From Mycobacteriales bacterium (lineage in GTDB: Bacteria; Actinomycetota; Actinomycetes; Mycobacteriales; SCTD01), in contig JBBSKF010000002.1 in assembly GCA_038256525.1 (NCBI GenBank), positions 6,563 to 70,562 on the forward strand: 64,000 nucleotides of DNA. The letters run 5' to 3'. Position numbers and translations under genes: made by a program. The first letter of the stretch is position 1. Each line of letters starts with the position of its first letter. Under the pieces are notes generated by a model, which was not told where the DNA came from, searched no databases, and was given only the letters and a program-made list of their open reading frames with translations. Of the stretch, positions 37,208 to 46,935 are shown piece after piece.

Positions 37208-37416
37208 GGGGGGACTCTGGCCGCGACGCAGCGAAGGCACGGCGCCACAGCCGCCCCAACCGCCGCCGCCATCCACCACGTGCCCCTGACCTCAGGCCCG
37301 GCGCACGTTGATACTGGCCCCCCAGTGTCATGCCCCAAGCGGGAAGAGAGTGACACCACTACACCGGCGAATCAAGATCTCAGCCGCAATACTGTCCGAA
37401 AGTACGAGGACATATC

Positions 37417-37434
37417 GGGCGAATCGGGCGAATC
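37417..37434. promoter_or_regulatory. Perfect tandem direct repeat GGGCGAATC x2 (plus a third GGCGAATC at 37366-37373) in the less GC-rich spacer between the GT2 gene and the giant ORF
   Basis: Plus strand 37411-37440: catatc gggcgaatc gggcgaatc gtctac. The third copy sits in accggcgaatcaag. The spacer 37295-37436 is visibly less GC-rich than its flanks. Function (operator or promoter element) is not established. Confidence 0.35.
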
Positions 37435-37436
37435 GT

Positions 37437-38588
37437 CTACCAGTGCAGTTGCTTCTTGCGAAGCACCAGCCAGGTCGACCGCAGCGACCAGGCCTGCCCG
37501 ACAAGGGTCAGCAGCTCCAGCGGCAGGACGCTGACTGCGAGCAGATGGTCGAGCCAGCTCGCATGCCGCATCTTCAGCGACACCACCAGCCGGTCGAGCC
37601 CCGAGACGAGGAACGGCAGGACGTAGTACCACTCCAGCCGCACCGGCAGGTCCAGCGCGACGATGAGTCCCCATGCGGTCAAGCCGGCGAGGCGCAGCAG
37701 CACGCCGAACCACACGGCGCTGTACGCCACCCAGTTGCGCCGGGTCCACGGCTTCCAGCCCTCCCGGGCCAGCTCCTCGAACGTGCCGCCCGACCAGCGC
37801 AGCCGCTGGCGCCACAGACCACGCAGCGTGACGGGCGTGTCGGTGTAAGCCAAAGCCGTCGGGGCCACCCGGATCTTCCAGTTCGCCTCACGCAGCTGCA
37901 TCGAAAGCCGGTAGTCCTCGACGATGCTGTCGGTCGCCCACGGGTTCCCGTACTTCGCCGTGACCTCGTGCAGAGCGCGATTGCGGAACAGCGACCCGAA
38001 GCCGCCCAGCACCTCGGTGGCGTACTTCCGCCGTACCAGCACCTGGTCGTACATCGCGAAGTCCAGCGCCAGCAGATGCCAGACGACGGAGTTCCACGCC
38101 GACATGCCGGGCGGCGGCACCTTGTTGAGCGGCCGGCCGCAGATGCCGCCGATCTCGGGGTCGTCGACAGCCTGCTTGCGCAGCCGCTCGAGGCAGGCGG
38201 GATCGAGGACCGTGTCGGCGTCCATCGTGACGACGAACCGCGCCTCCTGGCAGAACCGCCACCAGGCCTGGTTGAGGGCCCCTGCCTTGCGGTCGACGTT
38301 GGCGACGGTCTCCATCACCTCGACCGGGAAGCGACGGGCGATCTCGAGTGTGCGGTCGGTGCAGTTGTCGCCGATGACGACGATCAGGTCAGGGCGGTAG
38401 GTCTGGCCGAGCACCGACACGATCGCCGCCTCGATCTGCTCCTGCTCGTTGTGGGCCGGGATCAGCACGACCGTGCGCTGGAAGTCGCGGCGGTGACCGG
38501 CGCGGCTCCGGCGCGAACCGGACCGGCGCTTGCCGCCGCGTCCCGCCGTGCGGTGCTGGATGGGTGCCGACGCGTCGAGCACGGTCAT
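37437..38588 (-). CDS. Processive family-2 glycosyltransferase (PgaC/IcaA/cellulose-chitin synthase-like), membrane-embedded
   Basis: 383-aa track ORF. Motifs: VVLIPAHNEQ (N-terminal GT-A fold), DNCTDRT, TMDADT (DxD), IVEDY and the processive signature QRLRWSGG (Q(Q/R)xRW). Hydrophobic helices follow (WVAYSAVWFGVLLRLAGLTAWGLIVAL, YYVLPFLVSGL, LLAVSVLPLELLTLV). Confidence 0.85.
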   Translation of the reverse strand: MTVLDASAPIQHRTAGRGGKRRSGSRRSRAGHRRDFQRTVVLIPAHNEQEQIEAAIVSVLGQTYRPDLIVVIGDNCTDRTLEIARRFPVEVMETVANVDRKAGALNQAWWRFCQEARFVVTMDADTVLDPACLERLRKQAVDDPEIGGICGRPLNKVPPPGMSAWNSVVWHLLALDFAMYDQVLVRRKYATEVLGGFGSLFRNRALHEVTAKYGNPWATDSIVEDYRLSMQLREANWKIRVAPTALAYTDTPVTLRGLWRQRLRWSGGTFEELAREGWKPWTRRNWVAYSAVWFGVLLRLAGLTAWGLIVALDLPVRLEWYYVLPFLVSGLDRLVVSLKMRHASWLDHLLAVSVLPLELLTLVGQAWSLRSTWLVLRKKQLHW

Positions 38589-38613
38589 CGGATCTGTTCG
38601 CGGCGCGGAGACG

Positions 38614-38847
38614 TCAGGCCACGGACTCGCGAGTGGTGAGCGTGCGGCCGATGCGCAGCAGCGCGGCGCCCATGAGGATCAACGTGATCGCGGACAGGAC
38701 CAGGAAGAAGATGCTGACACCCGTGAAGGGCAGCGTGCTGACGGTGGAGGCAGCCGACAACGGGGTCACGCCGTTGGCAGCCCCGGTCCCGGCGGCGGCG
38801 GTGGTGGCAGCGGCGGTGCCGAGCACCGAGGGGGTGGTGGTGTACAC
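38614..38847 (-). CDS. Small (77 aa) Thr/Ala/Gly-rich tail-anchored membrane protein ending in an LPFTG + TM + basic-tail (sortase-signal-like) sequence
   Basis: Track ORF: MYTTTPSVLGTAAATTAAAGTGAANGVTPLSAASTVSTLPFTGVSIFFLVLSAITLILMGAALLRIGRTLTTRESVA. GTG start with GGAG 8 nt upstream. The in-frame TGA about 90 nt upstream leaves no ATG/GTG/TTG alternative, so there is no N-terminal signal peptide. It ends 25 nt before the GT2 start. Confidence 0.55.
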   Translation of the reverse strand: MYTTTPSVLGTAAATTAAAGTGAANGVTPLSAASTVSTLPFTGVSIFFLVLSAITLILMGAALLRIGRTLTTRESVA

Positions 38848-38978
38848 GGAGGTCTCCAGAGCAGCAGGAATCGACAGGTTGAGGACTGCGGGAAGGGCGT
38901 TGCTGGGCTTCGAACAGGCCCTCGCGTGGTGCTGCCCTCACAACGAGTCACCGACTGCGTAGTTACGGTCAGTGATAA

Positions 38979-39905
38979 CTAGTCACTTTGCGGCACGGCG
39001 GTCAGAAACTTCCAGACCTCCCGAGTCGTGTCCACCGCACCGTTGACAGGGCCGAACCCAGGGGAGAACCAGGTGTGGCCGGCCCCGTCGATGGTGACCA
39101 GACGAACCGACGATCCCTGAGCGCAGCCCGTCCAGATCGTGGTCGTGACCACACCGTCCGGCTCGGTGGCAGGCGGAGCAGGACAGTCGTTGAGGTCGGC
39201 CCAGCGCTGCATCACCTCCCGCGTCGGCGGCGAGGGGGCGGTCGCGCCGCCCGCGGTCGCGCCTCCTTCGTACGGCACCAGCGGGTCCGCCGTTCCGTGG
39301 AACTCGATCACCGAGACCGGTTCCGAGGGCTGGCAGTCGGCCAGGATCATCGCGCCGGCGACGGAGGCGACCCCGGCGATCCGCTCGGCGAGGTCACACC
39401 CCAACCGATGCACCATGATCGCCCCACCCGAGAAGCCGACAGCGAAGACCCGATCGGGATCGATACGCTCCGTCGCCGAGACGTCGTCGATCACCTCGCC
39501 GAGGAAGGCGACGTCATCCGGTCCGGGGGGGCCGCCGTTCGGGCAGCAGTAGCCGGCGTTCCACGTCCGGTTGATGCCTTCGGGGTAGGCGACCAGGAAC
39601 TTCTCCTGCGCCGCCAGCCGGTCGAACATGGTGACGCCCACCATCTGCTCTCCCGTGTTCCCCACCCCGTGCAGCACCAGCATCAGCGGCGCAGGGGCGT
39701 CCCGGTCGAGCGTGAGCGGAGTGAACAGCCGGTAGGTCCGCGACAGACCGTCAGCGGTGGTGAGCTGCTGTTGACGCACGGCCGCAGGAACCTGCGCGGA
39801 CGGAGCCGGTGCCGACCCCCCGCAGGCTGCGAGGCCGGCGAGCAGCAGTGCCAGCAGGAGCGGACGTGACCCAGCCCGCCGCTTCGCTGCCCGCCGGGAC
39901 TGCAT
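38979..39905 (-). CDS. Secreted lipoprotein esterase, PHB-depolymerase/LpqC-like alpha/beta hydrolase
   Basis: 308-aa track ORF. Lipobox LLLAGLAAC-GGS after a basic N-terminus. Also LMLVLHGVGNTG, nucleophile elbow GFSGGA, and HGTADPLVPY plus GAGHTW (acid/His region). Confidence 0.75.
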   Translation of the reverse strand: MQSRRAAKRRAGSRPLLLALLLAGLAACGGSAPAPSAQVPAAVRQQQLTTADGLSRTYRLFTPLTLDRDAPAPLMLVLHGVGNTGEQMVGVTMFDRLAAQEKFLVAYPEGINRTWNAGYCCPNGGPPGPDDVAFLGEVIDDVSATERIDPDRVFAVGFSGGAIMVHRLGCDLAERIAGVASVAGAMILADCQPSEPVSVIEFHGTADPLVPYEGGATAGGATAPSPPTREVMQRWADLNDCPAPPATEPDGVVTTTIWTGCAQGSSVRLVTIDGAGHTWFSPGFGPVNGAVDTTREVWKFLTAVPQSD

Positions 39906-39912
39906 CGGAGGT

Positions 39913-40059
39913 CAGTCCTCCTCCTGCTCGATCTCCTGGTCGTCCTCCTGCTCGCCGTCGGAGCAGGCCGCAGTGGCGACGAGCGGTAGGGCCACGAGCA
40001 TGGCGGTCGCGAGCAGACGACCGGCACGACCGGTCCGGCGGGGGGCTGCGCCTGTCATC
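39913..40059 (-). CDS. Possible 48-aa acidic lipoprotein (below the track's size cutoff)
   Basis: Hand translation: MTGAAPRRTGRAGRLLATAMLVALPLVATAACSDGEQEDDQEIEQEED*. GAGAGGA lies 7 nt upstream of the ATG (40057-40059). Lipobox LVATAAC. The stop is 7 nt before the esterase ATG. The short length makes this tentative. Confidence 0.35.
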
Positions 40060-40255
40060 GGGGTGTCCTCTCATCGGGATCGTCCGATCGGTCTGCTCCG
40101 TCGAGAGCGGGGCAAACCGCCGCCGGTTGTCCGGATCGACCACTGCTCATCGCGCCACGTTCCCGGTGAACCGCACCCGCTCCAGCGACGTACAGAAGGG
40201 CAGGTCGCCCGACGACGCGCGACCGCCCGATCTCATCGACGAGGGGACCGCACTC

Positions 40256-40756
40256 ATGCGCAAGAAGATTCTCGTGGCCGTTGCCACCACCACCCTGGCC
40301 GCCGCCGGACTGGCCGTGCAGGCCGGTGTGGCCGCCGCCGGTCACACCAACACCGTGCTCGAGGCGAGCCTGGACGGTCGCTCCGAGGTGGCTACCGACG
40401 CAACGAACAGCAAGAATGTCGGCGACCCGAACGGGCGCGGCGAGGCGTACGTGTTCGGGATCGACGGCGACCCGACCACGCTGTGCTACGTCCTGACCGT
40501 GGACAAGATCGCTCCCGCCACCGCGGCCCACATCCACGAGGGACCCGCCGGCGAGAACGGGCCGGTCGTGGTCAACCTGGCCGCACCGGCCGACGGCAAC
40601 GCCGCCGACTGCCTCACCGAGGGCGAAGCTGGCAAGTTCGTCGGCGACCAGACGGTGGCGGACATCCTCGCCAACCCGGAGGACTACTACGTCAACGTGC
40701 ACAACGCCGAGTTCCCCGGTGGCGCCGTCCGCGGCCAGCTCGCGCCGCAGGAGTAG
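40256..40756 (+). CDS. Secreted CHRD domain-containing protein
   Basis: Internal ATG of track ORF 39809-40756: MRKKILVAVATTTLAAAGLAVQAGVAAAGHTNTVLEASLDGRSEV...GEAYVFGIDGDPTTLCYVLTVDKIAPATAAHIHEGPAGENGPVVVNL...YYVNVHNAEFPGGAVRGQL. The pattern A..AHIH.G..G..G.V...L...YvNvHt..fp.GaiRGQL is the CHRD signature. It has a signal peptide. Confidence 0.8.
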   Translation: MRKKILVAVATTTLAAAGLAVQAGVAAAGHTNTVLEASLDGRSEVATDATNSKNVGDPNGRGEAYVFGIDGDPTTLCYVLTVDKIAPATAAHIHEGPAGENGPVVVNLAAPADGNAADCLTEGEAGKFVGDQTVADILANPEDYYVNVHNAEFPGGAVRGQLAPQE

Positions 40757-40762
40757 ACAGCC

Positions 40763-40812
40763 CTCCGCCCGCAGGGCGGGCCTTGCTCTCCGAGGGCCCG
40801 CCCTGCGGCGCA
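40763..40812. terminator. Bidirectional GC-rich hairpin between convergent genes (CHRD / Rieske)
   Basis: ccgcccgcagggcgggcc (40765-40782) is almost the exact reverse complement of gggcccgccctgcggcg (40794-40810), with an 11-nt loop. It lies 7 nt after the CHRD stop and about 45 nt after the Rieske stop. Confidence 0.6.
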
Positions 40813-40855
40813 GCTCCACCCCGGCCGTCCCACGAAGGCTGCCGGAAACGGCTGG

Positions 40856-41242
40856 CTAAGCGACGGTGAACGAGGTCCCCTCGACGGTGACCTGTCGCCG
40901 CGGCAGCGGCTCCCGCGCCGGGCCCTGCACGACCGACCCGTCGGTGATGCCGAACGCGCTGCCGTGACACGGGCAGTTGATCGTGCCGTCCTCGATCTCG
41001 CTGACGGTGCACCCCTGGTGCGTGCAGGTCGCGGAGAAGGCGGCGTAGACGCCCGGGCTCGGCTGGGTCACGACCACACGGCCGTCGAGCACCATGCCGC
41101 CGCCGACCGGAACGTCCACGATGTCGCCGACCAGCGGCTCGTTGCTGGAGCTGCGGGGGCTCCCGCCGCAGCCGGCGAGGGCAGCCGCCGCCACGAGGCA
41201 GCCCGTCCCGTGAAGCAGGGTCCGCCGTGAGCACACGCTCAC
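40856..41242 (-). CDS. TAT-signal Rieske [2Fe-2S] lipoprotein
   Basis: Last 128 aa of track ORF 40856-42103: VSVCSRRTLLHGTGCLVAAAALAGC-GGS...FSATCTHQGCTV...INCPCHGSAFG (CxH...CxxH Rieske ligands). The GTG start (41240-41242) overlaps the ZIP stop (GTGA). Confidence 0.8.
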   Translation of the reverse strand: MSVCSRRTLLHGTGCLVAAAALAGCGGSPRSSSNEPLVGDIVDVPVGGGMVLDGRVVVTQPSPGVYAAFSATCTHQGCTVSEIEDGTINCPCHGSAFGITDGSVVQGPAREPLPRRQVTVEGTSFTVA

Positions 41243-42486
41243 ACCGTCACCAGCAACCCGGTCAGGTACATGAGCAGCAGACCTGCGGTGATGCCGCCGA
41301 TGGTCGCCGTGTCCAGTGCCTGCCCGACGCGGGACCGGAGCGCCGGCGCGATCTGCACGATCACCTGCACGATCGCGCCGACTCCGACGCCGAGCAGGAA
41401 CGCCGACAGCTCGCCGTTGTTCACGGCCGCCCCGATCATCGCCCCCACGATTGCCGGTCCGCCCGCCAGCAGAGCGAGCATGACCAGCCGAGCCTTCGAC
41501 GGACGAAGTCTCGTCAGGGGCGCCACGATGGCGATGCCCTCCGTGGTGTTGTGCAGGGCGAATCCGACCACCAGGAAGGCGCCGAGCGCCAGCTCGCCGA
41601 CGGCGTAGGCGGACCCGATCGCCAGACCCTCGCCGAGGTTGTGCAGCCCGATGCCGATCGCGATCGTGGTCGCCAGCCGACGTCCGTTCACGCCCGCCGC
41701 CTCGGCGTAGTCCCGCCGGCTGCGGATGGCGCGGTCGACGGCTGTCAGCAGCAGGAAGGCCAGCCCGGCGCCGAGCACGACCAGACCGGGACCCCCGAAC
41801 GCGCCGCCGGAACGCCCGGCCAGCGCCACCGCCTCCAAGCCGCCGTCGAGGGCCAGGAAGGCCAGCAGCCCGACGGTCAGGGCGAGCAGCACGCGCACGA
41901 CCGACGGCCCGGCCCGGCGCAGCAGGGGCAACGCCATCATGCCCAGGGCGATGGGGATGATCCCGACGTAGAGGCCGAGCAGCGCCATCGACCCGAGCGA
42001 CGTGACGCCGTCGGGGGTGCGCACCGCCACCGGGATCTCGTGCTCGATGATGACGCCCGTCGAGGTGAGCATCGAGACGAGGTACGGCTGACCGTCCTGC
42101 CACGGGTAGTTCAGGCGCAGGGTGACGGTGTCCAGCCGGCCGACGGGTTCGGTGCCGCCGGCGACGTCCACGAAGCTGTCGTTGACGATCACCTGGGCGA
42201 TCTGCACCGGATCCGGACCGGTGTTGCGCACCGTCAGGTCGATCACGCCGGGGGACAGCACCGTCCGCTCCACGGCGATCTCCTCCAGGGGAGGGCCGTT
42301 CCTGGTCGGCAGGGCGTTACCGGCCAGCAGGGCCAGCGCGCCCAGCGCCACGGCCAGGGCAACGACGGCCGCGCAGACCAGGGTCCACAGGGGCACCGAG
42401 GCGGTCCGAACCGGCCGGCGGACGCCGCGCTCGCTCGGCGGAGCTGTCGGCGCGTCGAGGCTGGTCGACCGCGGGTCGGGCGTCAT
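41239..42486 (-). CDS. ZIP-family divalent-metal permease with an extra ~170-aa N-terminal extracytoplasmic domain
   Basis: 415-aa track ORF. Two ZIP signatures: GIGLHNLGEGLAIG and GFALHNTTEGIAIV. Multiple TM helices. The N-terminal region after the first TM (..VIDLTVRNTGPDPVQIAQVIVNDSFVDV..) is not part of canonical ZupT. The ATG overlaps the MCO stop (ATGA). Confidence 0.8.
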   Translation of the reverse strand: MTPDPRSTSLDAPTAPPSERGVRRPVRTASVPLWTLVCAAVVALAVALGALALLAGNALPTRNGPPLEEIAVERTVLSPGVIDLTVRNTGPDPVQIAQVIVNDSFVDVAGGTEPVGRLDTVTLRLNYPWQDGQPYLVSMLTSTGVIIEHEIPVAVRTPDGVTSLGSMALLGLYVGIIPIALGMMALPLLRRAGPSVVRVLLALTVGLLAFLALDGGLEAVALAGRSGGAFGGPGLVVLGAGLAFLLLTAVDRAIRSRRDYAEAAGVNGRRLATTIAIGIGLHNLGEGLAIGSAYAVGELALGAFLVVGFALHNTTEGIAIVAPLTRLRPSKARLVMLALLAGGPAIVGAMIGAAVNNGELSAFLLGVGVGAIVQVIVQIAPALRSRVGQALDTATIGGITAGLLLMYLTGLLVTV

Positions 42487-43528
42487 GAGTCGGTGACCTC
42501 GAAGAACCCCATCCAGCCCAGATCGGCGAACTCGGTCTTGTGGGCGTGGAACATGTACCGCCCGGGCTTGGGGAAGCGGACCTCGCAGATGCCACGCTGG
42601 CCCTGCGCCTGCATGATCGTGTCGGTGAACTCGGCCGGCTCGAGCCGGGTGCCGGTCGGGTAGTAGTCGAAGAAGTTCCCGTGCAGGTGGAAGGTGTTGA
42701 TCGGGTCGTACTCGGTGATGTTGACCAGGTAGATCCGCACCAGCTCGCCCAACCGCACGCGTACCGGCTCGTGCATGTAATGGAAGGGGATGCCGTTGAC
42801 GGCGTAGAGCTGGTTGCCTGCGCCGTCGAAGGTCGTGTTGTAGCCGTGCATGACCATGACCATCTCGTCAGCCGGCGGGCGGTCCTGCGGGGGGTCGACG
42901 ATGAACGTCCCGTACATGCCGCGGGCGATGTGCTCGGCCAGGGGGCCGACGTGGCAGTGGTAGAGGTGCAGGCCGAACGGCTCGGCATCGAAGGTGTAGG
43001 TGAAGCTCTCGCCCGGCGAGATCACCCCCCTGCCGACCATGGGCACCCCGTCCATCTCCGCGGCGTGGATGCCGTGGAAGTGCATCGTGTGCGGGTGCGC
43101 GGAGTCGTTGACGAACCGCACCCTCAGCAGGTCGCCCTGTCGGCAGCGCAGGGTCGGTCCGGGGATGCGGGAGTTGAACGTCCACGCGGGAAAGCGCACC
43201 CCTGGCGCGACCTCGATGTCCCGGTCGGTGGCGAACACCTCCCACTCGCGCACCGTACGGCCGTCGGCGTCGATCGAGACGCGGCCGTAGTCGAAGTCCC
43301 GCAGCACCTCGGTGGGGTCGAAGCCGTTCGCAGCGTGATCCACCGTGCGACCGGAGCGGAACGTGGCGCCGTTCTCGCCGCCCCCGTGGGCGGGGCCGGC
43401 GTGGTTGCCATGCCCGTCGCCGGGGCCACTGGCGGCCGCTGAAGACAGGTCGAACAGCTGACGCCCGCCCAGGGCGGCAGCGGCGGTCCCGAGCAGGGTG
43501 CCGCCGAGAAACCTCCGACGAGAGGGGG

Positions 43529-43532
<4 letters not shown>
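42483..43532 (-). CDS. TAT-exported two-cupredoxin-domain multicopper oxidase (SLAC/NirK-like)
   Basis: C-terminal 349 aa of track ORF 42483-44021: VTPSRRRFLGGTLLGTAAAALG (twin-Arg signal). Cu ligand motifs: HTMHFHGIH, LYHCHVGPLAEHIARGMYG (HCH + H-x4-M), FHLHGNFF, MFHAHKTEFADLGWMG. The GTG start (43530-43532) overlaps the upstream stop (GTGA). Confidence 0.8.
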
Positions 43533-45909
<2,377 letters not shown>

Positions 45910-46935
45910 TCAGGGGACGAGGATGGCGCGGCCGCGTACGTTGCCGGCGTCGAGCTCGGCGAGCGCCTCCACCGCGGCGTCGAGCGGGAAGGTGCTGGTG
46001 TGCAGCGTGACCTTGCCGGTCTGCGCGAGGACCATGAGCTCGGCGAGCTCGTTGTAGGTGCCGACGATGTTGCCGACGATGTTGCGCTCGGTCGAGATGA
46101 TGTCGAGCGTCGGGACGGTCAGCTGCCCGCCGTAGCCGATGACGTAGTACGAGCCACCGCTGCGCGTCATGGCGAAGCCGTCCTGCTCGGCGCCCTGCTC
46201 GGCGACGAAGTCCAGGACGACGTCGGCGCCCTGCCCGTCGGTCAGCTCCTGGACCGCTGCGACCTGGCCACCGTCAGCGACGACGGTGTGGTGGGCGCCG
46301 AGCTGCTCGGCCAGCTTCAGGGCCTCGGCGTTGCGATCGACGACGACGATGTTGGTCGCCGTCAGTGCGGCAAGGCACTGGATGCCGATGTGCCCGAGCC
46401 CGCCGGCACCGATCAGCACGCAGGTCGTCCCCGGGTAGAGCAGTGGCAGGGCTTTGCGGACCGCGTGATAGGCCGTGATCCCGGCGTCGGCGAGCGCAGC
46501 CACGTCCTGCGGCCGGGTCGCCGGGTCGAGCAGCACGCAGGCCCGGGCCGAGGTGAGCAGCAGCTCGGCCATGCCACCGTCGACTCCGAGCCCCGGGAAG
46601 GTGCTCGTGGTGCAGTGCATGTCCTGCCCACCGCGGCACGCCCGGCACAGCCCGCAGGTCGGGGTGGGGTGCAGGATGACGGTGTCGCCGACCTTGACGT
46701 TGGTCACCGCCGAGCCGATCTCGTGCACCCAACCGGCGTTCTCGTGACCCAGGATGTACGGCAGGTCGGGCGCCATGGCCTGGGCCCACTGGCCCTCGAG
46801 GATGTGCAGGTCGGTGCGGCACACACCGGCGCCGCCGATCTTGACGATCACGTCGAGCGGGCCGGAGATGGTGGGCTCCGGGACCTGTTCGACGACCGGC
46901 TGCTGGTGGTAGGCGTGCACGCGTACGGCTTTCAT
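45910..46935 (-). CDS. Zinc-dependent (MDR family) secondary-alcohol dehydrogenase
   Basis: 341-aa track ORF: MKAVRVHAYHQ...GAGVCRTDLHILEG...GHENAGWV...CGLCRACRGG...LIGAGGLGHIGIQ. The ATG overlaps the upstream stop (ATGA). Confidence 0.9.
   Translation of the reverse strand: MKAVRVHAYHQQPVVEQVPEPTISGPLDVIVKIGGAGVCRTDLHILEGQWAQAMAPDLPYILGHENAGWVHEIGSAVTNVKVGDTVILHPTPTCGLCRACRGGQDMHCTTSTFPGLGVDGGMAELLLTSARACVLLDPATRPQDVAALADAGITAYHAVRKALPLLYPGTTCVLIGAGGLGHIGIQCLAALTATNIVVVDRNAEALKLAEQLGAHHTVVADGGQVAAVQELTDGQGADVVLDFVAEQGAEQDGFAMTRSGGSYYVIGYGGQLTVPTLDIISTERNIVGNIVGTYNELAELMVLAQTGKVTLHTSTFPLDAAVEALAELDAGNVRGRAILVP

Noticed and set aside
38530-38982. Plus-strand ORFs 38530-38982 and 38564-38962, and minus ORFs 38585-38941 and 38766-38951, around the small-protein locus.
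   Set aside because: They overlap one another and the GT2 start, with low-complexity Gly/Arg/Pro translations. Only 38614-38847 (-) has an RBS-like GGAG and a coherent TM/tail architecture, and even that call is moderate-confidence.
40060-40255. Possible additional small genes or a riboswitch in the divergent region upstream of the CHRD gene.
   Set aside because: I could see no convincing ORF, RBS or conserved structured motif. I treat it as an ordinary divergent promoter region.
41243-42103. Upstream 287 aa of the 415-aa minus ORF 40856-42103. Likewise the N-terminal extensions of 42483-44021, 43529-44383, 46932-47885, 47638-49338, 48756-49301, 56680-58044 and 57249-58442.
   Set aside because: Each extension overlaps the well-supported upstream gene in a different frame and is Arg/Pro/Gly-rich. 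Internal GTG/ATG starts with an RBS or 4-nt stop/start overlaps give proteins of normal family length.
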